Sequence record: MK416015.1
Direction: 5' to 3' (one strand)
Source: Klebsiella phage ST16-OXA48phi5.4
DNA length: 38,322 nucleotides
Position 1 is the first letter of the stretch. Every line of letters begins with the position of its first letter. Position numbers and translations under genes: made by a program. The notes under the pieces are model-generated. The model ran no database searches, was not told the DNA's origin, and saw only the letters and a program-made list of their open reading frames with translations. Of this stretch, positions 8,931-18,678 are shown piece after piece.

Positions 8931-11201
8931 TTATAGTCTGTTTGAAAGTTCATCATTGTAAGTCAATAATCCCTCGGTTACAGCTGTTTCGAGTAATGGA
9001 CTTATTTTTTGAGTCTTTTCAGCTATAAAAACAATTTGATATTTAGCCCGTGTTATAGCCACATATAATTTATTAAATGATGAGTAATTAATGAAGTGCA
9101 GAGATTCTCCAGTATAAGTCGATTGTTCAGGGAATTTGTCAGAATCAGCACCAACAATCACTACGACTGAAAATTCCAAACCACCTATATAATCCATCCC
9201 TCCTATTACATAAAGGTTGTTTGTGGCTGCAGCTTCTACAGCTAAATTATCACCACGCCTTTCAATTGATATATATTCCTTATCATTTGATTCAGCAAAA
9301 TTTTTTAATTCCTTGAAAACTTGATCTGTACATGGGACTATTAAAACATCACTTTTTGAAATATCTAATTCTTGAGCAATATGATCAACAAAAGAGAAAG
9401 ATGCTCTGTAAACTTCAGAAGCATTTTGTTTGGTTATTATATATGGGACACAGCATTTATCCTCAATCAAAGATGTATGGCCAGTCATCGATTCTGCCAA
9501 AGGATTTTCTAACTCCTGAAATAATGTAGCCCCAGATGCTAAAACACAACTTGCTAGATTTATGATATGTTCAGAAGAACGAAATACAGCACTTAAACCA
9601 TGCTCATTTGCTAAGTTGGCATCAAGTTCTTTGGCTACATCTTCTTTGGTTATAGTCGTATCTCCGGTTGCTTGACTTCGATCCATTGTAAATACAATAT
9701 GATTAGAGTTGGGTTTGAGGAGATTATGGAATAAACTTAGCTCATTAATATTAAAAAGATGTGTCTCATCAATATACATAATATCAAACCCAGCGGTCAT
9801 TCTACGCCTTTTCCATATCGGAGTTGACGTTTCTTTAAGCGCGGATAGAGTAATGTCGTCACTATCAAACAAGTTTAATGCTATAAGTTTTTCTTGATAT
9901 TTATTGTAAATCGAGAATATAGTTTTAAAATCATCATCGTTCTCTATTGGGATGATATTTTTGGTCCTGGGAAGTGACATATAGGTCTTAAGATCATCAC
10001 CAGCACGACCTTTAATATACGTTGATATTTCCTCTTGGAGTAATATAGATATGCCCCAAGGATCGTTATTGCCAAAGAACTTCTTAAGTTTAGGCGAAAT
10101 GAAATTAAGTGAACCAGCATAATCCTTGATGAAAAAATCCTCTAGTGCTTCATTTATGTAAAGTAGTTGCAACTGTTTTGACTCTAATGCATCACTATCA
10201 AGATATTCAGTTGCAGATATTCTATTACCTAAATTATTTATGCACCATTCTTGTAGAGTAGTAACTTCAATTGACTGTAATTTACCAGAGTTAATGAACT
10301 CATCTCCACCGTTAGACGCTATTAAATTTTCAATGTTATTTTTAGTCGCTATGCTGTGAGTTATGAAGATCGCTCGAAGTTGGTTGTCCGTTTTTTTGGC
10401 ATTTTTGAGTTGAACAACAGATCTCAGGATTAAGCTTAATGTTTTTCCTGTTCCTGCAGCTCCTTTAAGAATGTCTGGCCCAAAGCTTTCGCTGAAAACA
10501 AATTTCTTTTGGCTTTCTGTTAGGTTTTTTGTCCAGTAATCTAAGCCCATATGAGGATTGTTTAAATTCCCCGCTTCATGAATCTCGCTAACACTTAAAT
10601 AAGAACTTGATGGGTCTGATTGGTTTTCAGAACTTTTAAATAAAGTGAGGGGGTCTATTTCCAAAAATCCTTCTTTTGCCTTTCGGAAATTAGCTAGCTT
10701 GGGTTCGTTCTCAGCTGTATCATACCCATCTTGAAAAATTAAGAAGCTACTTTCATTCCTTTTTTCTTGCCTTTCCTTATCCGGAGATTTATCAAGTATT
10801 ACTTTATAAGATTTTCCAGTGGTAAATGAGAGCGGTAAAAGGGCAATTAATGATGTACCATTAATTATTTTTTCGCAGGGACTATGACCAATTTTATCCC
10901 ATAGCTTAATAGCTAATCTACACGATTTTTGAAGAATGGTAACAACTTCACTACTACTCCTTTGAAAACCATTAAATGTAGTGGTATCGAATATCAACAG
11001 GTTTTTCTTATTTGGGTTTTTACTTAAAATATAAATTCCGGAGTTTATAGACAAGGCTTTAATGTCTAAACTGAAGTCGGATATTTTACCATCTTTTAAT
11101 AAGCGTGCCAAAATTTGGCCCTTGTCGTAATCTGCAGACTGAAGCATCCTTTCCGATACTATTTTCCGCGCTGCATTACTTTCTATAGCAATAAAGTTCA
11201 T
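8931..11201 (-). CDS. SF1 helicase-family ATPase (Upf1/AAA_11-AAA_12-like) with ~230-aa unknown N-terminal domain; cargo gene in P2 tin/old hotspot
   Basis: Walker A GAAGTGKT, motif II-like YIDETH, C-terminal GGLEFSVVVIVG ... LYVAITRAK (SF1 motifs V/VI); 30-35% GC versus ~55% phage backbone. Confidence 0.75.
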   Translation of the reverse strand: MNFIAIESNAARKIVSERMLQSADYDKGQILARLLKDGKISDFSLDIKALSINSGIYILSKNPNKKNLLIFDTTTFNGFQRSSSEVVTILQKSCRLAIKLWDKIGHSPCEKIINGTSLIALLPLSFTTGKSYKVILDKSPDKERQEKRNESSFLIFQDGYDTAENEPKLANFRKAKEGFLEIDPLTLFKSSENQSDPSSSYLSVSEIHEAGNLNNPHMGLDYWTKNLTESQKKFVFSESFGPDILKGAAGTGKTLSLILRSVVQLKNAKKTDNQLRAIFITHSIATKNNIENLIASNGGDEFINSGKLQSIEVTTLQEWCINNLGNRISATEYLDSDALESKQLQLLYINEALEDFFIKDYAGSLNFISPKLKKFFGNNDPWGISILLQEEISTYIKGRAGDDLKTYMSLPRTKNIIPIENDDDFKTIFSIYNKYQEKLIALNLFDSDDITLSALKETSTPIWKRRRMTAGFDIMYIDETHLFNINELSLFHNLLKPNSNHIVFTMDRSQATGDTTITKEDVAKELDANLANEHGLSAVFRSSEHIINLASCVLASGATLFQELENPLAESMTGHTSLIEDKCCVPYIITKQNASEVYRASFSFVDHIAQELDISKSDVLIVPCTDQVFKELKNFAESNDKEYISIERRGDNLAVEAAATNNLYVIGGMDYIGGLEFSVVVIVGADSDKFPEQSTYTGESLHFINYSSFNKLYVAITRAKYQIVFIAEKTQKISPLLETAVTEGLLTYNDELSNRL

Positions 11202-11992
11202 TATTTGGCATCCATTATTGTTGTTAATAATTTACTATGGTGATTTGCAACGCCAACCCTAACGAAATTATTAGTAAAACGCTGCATAAGTAATTCAATA
11301 AATGGTGACTTGAGTTGGCCTACAATACTGCAAAACTTATTTGTTACATTTATGTTTAGGCCTGAATAATTTTCACCATTATCTAGTTCAATACCATTTG
11401 GTATTTTTTTTGCTAAGGAGATGTTCAATTCATAAATTTCTCTTAGGTTGACAACAACAGAATTGTAACCATCAACATTATCAATAAAAAAATAGTCAGG
11501 GTTTTTATTTTCGATTATATCTTTGAGGGCCTTTTCACATTCATCTCGAAAATGGATAATAATTTTTTCATATGCTGAGTTTTCATCTAAGCAATTTATT
11601 TTAGTTTGAAGTGAATCTAGGCGTGTTAATTCCCTGTTATTTAGTAAATTCTTTTCTTTTATTACGGCGTATATCCTGTGATAACCATAAGTTGTAACAT
11701 TGAGTTCTGAGAAAGATGCTTTTTCAAGAAGCTCAAGAAATTGTCTTTTTAAATTTTTAAAAACTTGCTTTTTTACTATTGGTTGTAATTCTTTATCTCT
11801 CCAGATGCTGAATGGAACTGCTGGAATAAAATTGTAAAACTTAACCTTTTCTTTATTTGCAATATCACATCTTGCGGTGATCACAAGACCTAAAGTTTCA
11901 TTGTTAGGGTAAGAGGCTGAGTAAGCACAATTAAAAATTGTCCCTTGGGTTAAAGTCCTATCATCCGTAACATCAACCATGTCACGTTGCAT
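11201..11992 (-). CDS. hypothetical 263-aa protein, upstream partner of the helicase (ATGA start/stop overlap = translational coupling)
   Basis: ORF, AT-rich like its partner, overlaps helicase start by 1 nt; no recognisable motif. Confidence 0.65.
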   Translation of the reverse strand: MQRDMVDVTDDRTLTQGTIFNCAYSASYPNNETLGLVITARCDIANKEKVKFYNFIPAVPFSIWRDKELQPIVKKQVFKNLKRQFLELLEKASFSELNVTTYGYHRIYAVIKEKNLLNNRELTRLDSLQTKINCLDENSAYEKIIIHFRDECEKALKDIIENKNPDYFFIDNVDGYNSVVVNLREIYELNISLAKKIPNGIELDNGENYSGLNINVTNKFCSIVGQLKSPFIELLMQRFTNNFVRVGVANHHSKLLTTIMDAK

Positions 11993-12539
11993 AAAATCTC
12001 CTTATTTTGAATATCAGAGCCCTAAACTATAAGTGCTTTATCATCAATCCTTTGACTTGGATTCTGATGAAATGTACTTATGGTTTCTTATCTATTATAT
12101 ATACATACGATGAATAATTATCAATAACATTTCATTATAAGTTTTGGTTGTTTCATGGATGCCTTGAATTTAGCTACCGTTGCTTTTGTCAATGGAATTT
12201 TTATGATTGTTTGATTTAAATCAATAAATTTAATGTAACTGTATGATTTTTATTGGGGTGGCGTGCTCATTTATTGGAAAGCTATGTTCTCCATAACATT
12301 AGTGCACGTTGTACTTCGATGATGTTTTTTTATTTGATATGGACTATCCATAACGAACGCTAATCAAATTGACTAAATTCTCCTAACCCAGCTATACAAA
12401 AGATTTAGATACTTCTACTAATTGACTGGGAAACATCCTAGTGAGTTAAATGTGAAAATTAGTGGTTGTTATTGAACTTATTTGCACAAAATTGCAAATG
12501 ATCTATTGATATCGATATTTCGTGTATTGCGCCACAGTA

Positions 12540-12836
12540 GGTATGCAGCTCTGATTCTAAGCATGCACGAAAAAAGGAAGGATAGTTGCGCGCAGGTGAC
12601 GGGGGGCAAGCCCCCGCAAGCGGGTCAGGGTAGGGAAGGCGGCAGAATACGCAATTTGACGGTTTCTGCGTCACGGTGAGCGGTCGTTTTGGTTGGAGGC
12701 ATGCCCTTGGGAAAAAGCAGCGACGCGCAGAGGGGCGCTGATGCGGGATTTTTTCAGCAGAAAAGATGAGGCCAGCGAAAACGCTGGCCTGTTATAAATG
12801 GCTGATGTTGTTTAAAGAAACTGAGTTTTCTGGCGG
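12540..12836. other. GC-rich non-coding block immediately downstream of portal gene Q: probable cos / packaging site region (by P2 analogy)
   Basis: P2 cos lies between old-side cargo and Q; G-rich tracts (GACGGGGGGCAAGCCCCCGCAAGCGGGTCAGGGTAGGGAAGGCGGCAG) reminiscent of P2/186 cohesive-end sequence; not verified. Confidence 0.35.
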
Positions 12837-13898
12837 TTATTTCTCAGCGGTAAGCAATGCGTAAGGGTTAAAGCGGATCACTTCTTCTCCGATCCACTCA
12901 TTGACCACCTTCAGCGCCTCCATTACGGGCGTCAGCTCGTTGATAGCGTAGACCCGGGCGGCTTTCTCGATATCCCCAAATGAGCCGTTTCCCTCTGGCA
13001 TGGCGCCCATCAGCTGCGGCGGGATACGGTGCGCTGCGAGTATGTCGTCACGTGTGGCGTTCTTAATGTTGATAAACTCATCTTTCGCCGTGATCTGCTG
13101 GAAGGGGAGGATTTGCACGCCGTCTTTGCCGCCGCCTGGCGCATGCAGCAGCAGGTTTTTAAATGCCCCTTTCCCACGCGCACCGGTCAACGTCTCTTTG
13201 ACTGCCTTCATGCTTTTATCATCAACCTGTCCAGCGCCAATATAGACAATACATCCAGCATGCGATCCGTTGTCGTAGTACAACTTACGGAACATGTCAG
13301 CGGAGTGGGCCAGGCTGGCGGCCAGCAGTGCTGCCATATATTCCGGCATACCGTAGACCTCCTGATTAATATCAGGGTTCAGAACGTGACAAACCGTTCC
13401 TGATTTGAACGTGTGCTCTTCTTTCCAGCGCCGGATAAACCAGTATTGATCGAGATCTGTGCTCCCACGCCGGGTGTACTTCGCCAGAGAGTGTTTGAAG
13501 GGTAGCGGGCCGCCCAGGCGATTACGCGGCAATTCGAGATAGGCATTGCCAAACGTGAACCAGTCCAGCACAAACGCGGAAAAGGTCTGGCGATTGAGCA
13601 GCTTGTGCGGGATAAAGCAGCCGGTGAGCACATTTCGTTTGAAATACAACGCTGACTCATGCCAGGCGCTCTGACGTGGAGCTTTAGCCAGCCCGTAAAA
13701 ATCCACTGGCGTCTCATAGTATCGCCCGTTGTCCAGGCAATAGAGATTGTCCAGCAAATCGGCCATATCACGCACGGGATAAGGGCCATCAAAGCTGAAC
13801 GCTGTCAACGCGGGATCGGCCTTCAGTGACTCCGCAATGTCAGAACCGGCGGTGCTGGCTATCGGCTTTTTACCGTATTTCTTTTTCACAGTTACCAT
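12837..13898 (-). CDS. Q: portal protein gpQ
   Basis: size 353 aa, position, P2 Q-like sequence. Confidence 0.9.
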   Translation of the reverse strand: MVTVKKKYGKKPIASTAGSDIAESLKADPALTAFSFDGPYPVRDMADLLDNLYCLDNGRYYETPVDFYGLAKAPRQSAWHESALYFKRNVLTGCFIPHKLLNRQTFSAFVLDWFTFGNAYLELPRNRLGGPLPFKHSLAKYTRRGSTDLDQYWFIRRWKEEHTFKSGTVCHVLNPDINQEVYGMPEYMAALLAASLAHSADMFRKLYYDNGSHAGCIVYIGAGQVDDKSMKAVKETLTGARGKGAFKNLLLHAPGGGKDGVQILPFQQITAKDEFINIKNATRDDILAAHRIPPQLMGAMPEGNGSFGDIEKAARVYAINELTPVMEALKVVNEWIGEEVIRFNPYALLTAEK

Positions 13899-15622
13899 CC
13901 CATTGCGAAACCACCGCCGCCACTTTCCTGGCCCAACGGTTCATTAATAATCGAAAGCATGGTTGCCCACGCCATATCACCATGGCTTACGCCGCGCGAT
14001 CGGTCAGTTTCGTAAGTGATGAAACCGCCGGGCGTAACAACTTTGCGAACAGCGTTAAAGGCTCTGACCAGGCCCTGCTCGCTGCGGTCATATTCCCAGC
14101 GGCCGGCGCGGATGACCTGCAACATTTTGAGGACAAGGGCGCGCTTGGAAGAGAGGCTCATCTGGTAGCAAATAGCGGCTGGGAACCAATTTTTAACAAT
14201 CTGCCAGACCGCCTCCCCGACGCCTTGCCCGTCAATGGCGATGTGAGTGACGTTGTAGCGCTCGGCAGCCTCTTTGATGACCGCCGCCTGCTGTTCAAAC
14301 TCAAGCCCTCGCAGTTGCTTCAATTCAACCGTGCGAAATCGGCCGCCGGCTACAAGGGGAGGTACCGTCACGGACAGAGCACCGGCATCACCATTGCCGC
14401 TGCCGCCGTTGGCGTCGTAGCCCAGCCACACCTCACGTTGCCCCATAGGGCGACTGGCGAACGGTTTCCAGTCGGGCCAGTCGTCATACCCGTCAGCGCC
14501 GCACCCCAGTAACTGGCTAAGATTGAACGCGCTTTCGCCGTCTTTGACGAACTCGCACATGTACAGGTTTTCAAATTCATCAGGGCTGTTTTCGTCCCGG
14601 ATTTCATCAATGTCGGTGTAGTCCCAGCCGTTGTTGATAGCGTCCTGAATAGTGACGATCTGCCGCCACGTTTTATCCGGGTAAAGCACGCCGCTATGCG
14701 TTTTCTTCCAGGACACGTCGAAATCAACCCGCTGCGCTTTAGGTCGTTTCGCATTCCATCGATCGCCGGTCCAGAACTGATAGGCTTCATGGCTTTCACT
14801 CGATGGCGTGGAGAAGTACGTGCGTGTTAAGCCTTTGAGCGTTGCCATGGCGCCGGCAACCTTGCGCAGGTTGATAAAGTTTCCGGTCCAGAAAAACTCA
14901 TCAAATCGCAGGTGCCCCGTGTAGGACTGCGCGGTCGCAGCTGATGTCCCGAGAAAATGCAGCTCCGCGCCGTTTGACAGCGTAATTTGCTCACCACCTT
15001 TAAGTTCGACGTCCACCTCTTCAGCCGCTTTGCGGATGAAGTTGCGGAACTGTAGCGCTTGCTTTCGTGATGCTGACAGAAAGATTTGGTTGCGCTGGTA
15101 GTCGTGCTTAACGTCCGTTCTCAGTGCGCCCAGCAACGCCTCGCGTGCAAAGTACCAGGTAGCGCCAATCTGCCGCGATTTGAGGATCATCCGGTTACGC
15201 TGATCGCGCTGTTCGTACCAGCCGCGCTGGTGCCATGCGAGAGAGTCGAGAATTTTTAAGCGCAACGCCTCGATCTGCTCCTCGGAGAAGTGATTTTTCT
15301 TCTTGCGTCGACTGGTTTTTTTAGCGCCTGTGGTAGTGGAGGCCTGCCCGGTATCCAGCTTTTTCAACTGCCGGGTTAACAGATCAATCTCTTTGAAATC
15401 GCCACTGGTTTTATTGTCTTTCGCGCTCAGCTGGCAGAGACGGGTATCAATGGATTGCGTCACCCGTTTGATGGGCGTTGTGTCATCCCATGCGTCGCGC
15501 TTTTTCCACGAATAAACCGTGTTTGAGTTGATGCCCATGAGTCGCGAAATTTCGGCGGGCGGGTAACCCTGCCAGTAGAGCTGTTTTGCCCTTAATCGAA
15601 TAAACGCATCCTGAATCATCAC
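13892..15622 (-). CDS. P: terminase large (ATPase) subunit gpP
   Basis: 576 aa, position upstream of Q on same strand, terminase-like. Confidence 0.88.
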   Translation of the reverse strand: MMIQDAFIRLRAKQLYWQGYPPAEISRLMGINSNTVYSWKKRDAWDDTTPIKRVTQSIDTRLCQLSAKDNKTSGDFKEIDLLTRQLKKLDTGQASTTTGAKKTSRRKKKNHFSEEQIEALRLKILDSLAWHQRGWYEQRDQRNRMILKSRQIGATWYFAREALLGALRTDVKHDYQRNQIFLSASRKQALQFRNFIRKAAEEVDVELKGGEQITLSNGAELHFLGTSAATAQSYTGHLRFDEFFWTGNFINLRKVAGAMATLKGLTRTYFSTPSSESHEAYQFWTGDRWNAKRPKAQRVDFDVSWKKTHSGVLYPDKTWRQIVTIQDAINNGWDYTDIDEIRDENSPDEFENLYMCEFVKDGESAFNLSQLLGCGADGYDDWPDWKPFASRPMGQREVWLGYDANGGSGNGDAGALSVTVPPLVAGGRFRTVELKQLRGLEFEQQAAVIKEAAERYNVTHIAIDGQGVGEAVWQIVKNWFPAAICYQMSLSSKRALVLKMLQVIRAGRWEYDRSEQGLVRAFNAVRKVVTPGGFITYETDRSRGVSHGDMAWATMLSIINEPLGQESGGGGFAMGW

Positions 15623-15681
15623 TTCCCCCTTTTGAGCAGGGAGATTACCTGCGCGCGATCCCCGCGGCTCGGGCTTTCAGG

Positions 15682-15705
15682 TCTGGCCGTTCTCCGACAA
15701 CAAAA
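15682..15705 (+). promoter_or_regulatory. Ogr-type late promoter activator site TCT-N12-ACA followed by ACAAAA, in P/O divergent region
   Basis: TCTGGCCGTTCTCCGACAACAAAA; near-identical copy upstream of D (36714-36738); matches P2 TGT-N12-ACA class. Confidence 0.55.
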
Positions 15706-15775
15706 CCGCGTGGCGCCGGGCTTTCAGGCTCTGCGATGATGCAGCGACTGACATAAATCAACAGGATAAAACGAC

Positions 15776-16615
15776 ATGGCCAGCACGACTAAACCCGCCC
15801 GCAAAAAGTTTCGCGTTGCGGTTTCCGGCGCCACCGTTGACGGGCGCGAGATCCAGCCGCAGCACCTCCGCGATGCGGCGGCGAGCTACAACCCGGCCGT
15901 TTACGGCGCCCGCGTGAACGTGGAGCACTATCTCTCCATGCTTCCTGACAGCAATTTTGGCGCCATGGGGGATGTTGTTGCTTTAAGCGCGGAGGATATC
16001 ACCGAAGGGCCGCTGGCCGGTCGTACGGCGCTCTATGCCGAGATCGACGCTTCGGCACGAATGAAGCAGCTCACCGATGAAGGAAAAAAAATCTATTCCA
16101 GTATTGAGCTGCATCCGCAGTTTGCCCTTAACGGTAAGGCGTATGTGGTCGGCCTGGCGATGACGGACACCCCGGCAAGTCTGGGGACTGAGCGCCTTAA
16201 ATTTGCTGCGCAGCAGCGCGCGCAGGTGATGGCCTTCAATAACCAGCAGATCGAGGCGCCGCTGTTCTCTGATGCGCTTGAAGCTGAAGTGATCGAACTG
16301 GCCGCTCATCGCAGCGAGGAGGGCGTCAACTGGTTCAACCGCGTGATGGGCATCCTTGGTAAAGGCCAGAAAACCGACGATCAGCGGTTCAGTCAGTTGC
16401 ATCAGGTTGTTGAAGCCGTTGCTCAATCTCAGGCAGACCAGATTGACCGGTTCAGTGCCCTGGAACAGGACCGCCAACAGGATAAAGCCACCATTCAGCA
16501 ACTGACCAGCGAACTTAACGAGCTGCGCGGTCAGCTTCAGCTCCAGCCCGCAGAAAATTACAGCGCACGACCGGCGGCAACCGGCAACAGCAGCGTGCAG
16601 CTTGCAGACTTCTAA
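15776..16615 (+). CDS. O: capsid scaffolding protein gpO
   Basis: 279 aa, first gene of rightward head operon. Confidence 0.88.
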   Translation: MASTTKPARKKFRVAVSGATVDGREIQPQHLRDAAASYNPAVYGARVNVEHYLSMLPDSNFGAMGDVVALSAEDITEGPLAGRTALYAEIDASARMKQLTDEGKKIYSSIELHPQFALNGKAYVVGLAMTDTPASLGTERLKFAAQQRAQVMAFNNQQIEAPLFSDALEAEVIELAAHRSEEGVNWFNRVMGILGKGQKTDDQRFSQLHQVVEAVAQSQADQIDRFSALEQDRQQDKATIQQLTSELNELRGQLQLQPAENYSARPAATGNSSVQLADF

Positions 16616-16624
16616 GAGGTAACC

Positions 16625-17659
16625 ATGGAAAACCAGACCCGCGAACTATTTGATAAGTACATTGTGCGCCAGGCACATCTGAACGGTGTCTCACCCTCAG
16701 CCGTTGCCAATCGTTTCAGCGTCGATCCGACTATCCAGCAAAAACTGGAACAGGCCGCCATGGAGTCGGATGACTTCATGAAGCTGGTTAACCACTTTGG
16801 GGTTAAAGAGCAGGAAGGGCAGAAAGTAAAAATTGGCAGTAAGGGACCGATGGCGAGCACCAATAACAGCTCGGACGGCACCAACCGCCGTAACCCTGCA
16901 CCGAACCATAACAAAGAGCCGCAGAACTACCACTGCCGCAAAACCAACTATGACTATGCGCTTTCGTATGCGGAGCTGGACGCGTGGGCCGGTCACCCTG
17001 AATTTCAGTCATTAATCAGTAATGCGATGGCCCGTCAGCTTGGGCTGGATCGCCAGATGATTGGCTTTAATGGCACGCATTACTCTGAAAACTCCGACCG
17101 CACGACCTATCCGTTATTGCAGGATTGCGGCGTTGGCTGGCTGCAAAAGATCCGCAATGAGGCGCCGCAGCGCATTATGCCAGGTATCACGCTGACTTCC
17201 CGTGATGAGAATAACGCGGTAATTGCGTCAGGCACCTACGGCAATATTGATGCCGCCGTGCTCGATGCACGCCACAGCCTTATGGATCCCTGGTTCCGCC
17301 GCGCTCCCGGTCTGGTGACTGTGCTCTCGTCCGATCTGCTGCTGAAAGTGAACCTGCCGAAAGTGAACGCGCTCAGCCAGACCAATCCGAATACCGAACT
17401 ACTGGCCGCGCAGCTCATTGTCAGCCAGGAAAAGATCGGCGGCCTGCCGACGGTCTTTGTCCCGGGCATTCCTGAAGATGTCGTGCTCATCACCAACCTG
17501 AAAAACCTCTCTGTGTACTACCAGAAAGGCTCCCTGCGTCGCTCTATCCGGGAAGAGCCGCAATACAACCGCGTGGCGACTTACCAGTCCAGCAATGATG
17601 ACTATGTCATTGAAGAGTACGGCATGATTGCCATGATCGACGGCGTGACATTCGCCTGA
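16625..17659 (+). CDS. N: major capsid protein gpN
   Basis: 344 aa, position. Confidence 0.88.
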   Translation: MENQTRELFDKYIVRQAHLNGVSPSAVANRFSVDPTIQQKLEQAAMESDDFMKLVNHFGVKEQEGQKVKIGSKGPMASTNNSSDGTNRRNPAPNHNKEPQNYHCRKTNYDYALSYAELDAWAGHPEFQSLISNAMARQLGLDRQMIGFNGTHYSENSDRTTYPLLQDCGVGWLQKIRNEAPQRIMPGITLTSRDENNAVIASGTYGNIDAAVLDARHSLMDPWFRRAPGLVTVLSSDLLLKVNLPKVNALSQTNPNTELLAAQLIVSQEKIGGLPTVFVPGIPEDVVLITNLKNLSVYYQKGSLRRSIREEPQYNRVATYQSSNDDYVIEEYGMIAMIDGVTFA

Positions 17660-17672
17660 TAATCCCCATCAC

Positions 17673-18566
17673 ATGGCGGGCAGCAAGCCCGCCCAGGAGA
17701 ATGAACCCATGCTGACACCGGCACAAAGACACTTTCAGAAGGTCATGGCAGAGAGGCGGGGCATCAGTGATGAGCGTGACGCGGAGACGCGCACCGCGCA
17801 TGAGCAGATCCTCTTTCGCCTGCATATGCATAAATCTTCGCTAAGCCAAATCCAGTCCCGCCAGGCGAAGGCCGCTGTAAAGGCCAGCATCCTTCCTGAG
17901 TTTCAGGGATGGATTGACGGCACGATCGAGGGCGACAGCGGGCGCGCGGATCCGGTCATCACCACGCTGATGGTGTGGGCGGTGGACTGCTCCGACTATG
18001 CGCTGGCGCTGCGTATCGGGCGCTATGTCGTTAAGCATGGCCTGAGCATGCCGGATGACAACTATCGCCGCCCGGCACCCACGGTACTGGCCGAGGAAAT
18101 CTGCAATCCCATTCTGAACCTCGCCACCACGGACGCCGGAGCCGATTTGTCAGGCTATATCCCCATGCTGGACGAGCTGGCCGAAATTGTGGCTGACAGT
18201 GATATGCCGGATGAGGTCCGCGCGAAGCTGTGCAAGGTGAGGGCGTTTTGCCGTCGCGACACGGAAGACGCGGAAACCATAGGCGAAGCGCTGAAACTCT
18301 TCCGGGAAGCCATGAGCCTGAACCCGGGTGCCGGTGTGAAACGGGAGATCGCTTCTCTGGTCAGCGCTTTGAAAAAGGCGCCGCAGACCAGCGCGGCAAG
18401 TGGTGATGCGGAAGATGAGACTTCATCCAGCGATACAGCAGCAACCGAAACACCCGCAACAGAAAAAGCAACACGAACGCGCAAGCAGACGAAAACGGCG
18501 GCCGGCACTCAAAAAGCCACCCGCAAAACGGCGGCAAAAAAGACAACGAAAACCGCCACAAAGTAA
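17673..18566 (+). CDS. M: terminase small/endonuclease subunit gpM with Lys/Thr-rich C-terminal tail
   Basis: DMPDEVRAKL and GVKREI motifs match P2 gpM. Confidence 0.9.
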   Translation: MAGSKPAQENEPMLTPAQRHFQKVMAERRGISDERDAETRTAHEQILFRLHMHKSSLSQIQSRQAKAAVKASILPEFQGWIDGTIEGDSGRADPVITTLMVWAVDCSDYALALRIGRYVVKHGLSMPDDNYRRPAPTVLAEEICNPILNLATTDAGADLSGYIPMLDELAEIVADSDMPDEVRAKLCKVRAFCRRDTEDAETIGEALKLFREAMSLNPGAGVKREIASLVSALKKAPQTSAASGDAEDETSSSDTAATETPATEKATRTRKQTKTAAGTQKATRKTAAKKTTKTATK

Positions 18567-18678
18567 ACGCCTGAGCGTAATGAACTGGCCCCGCGCCACA
18601 GGCGGCGCGCCCGGCGATCTGCCCGTAATGCGGTCTTTTTACCGGACGCCCACCGCCTGACCTACCGGAGAAACGACG

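Noticed and set aside
11201-11992. Possible PLD HKD motif (NHHSKLLTTIMD) in the 263-aa partner protein, which would make the pair Mokosh-like
   Set aside because: Spacing is H-x-K-x6-D rather than the canonical H-x-K-x4-D and no GSxN follows, so it is not convincing.
12459-12679. Two overlapping 65-71 aa ORFs on opposite strands in the GC-rich block
   Set aside because: They are mutually antisense, have no start signals and lie in the presumed cos region, so they are likely non-coding.
17673-18566. Lys/Thr-rich histone-like tail of gpM as an unusual feature
   Set aside because: The same basic tail is present in P2 gpM, so it is a normal feature of this family.
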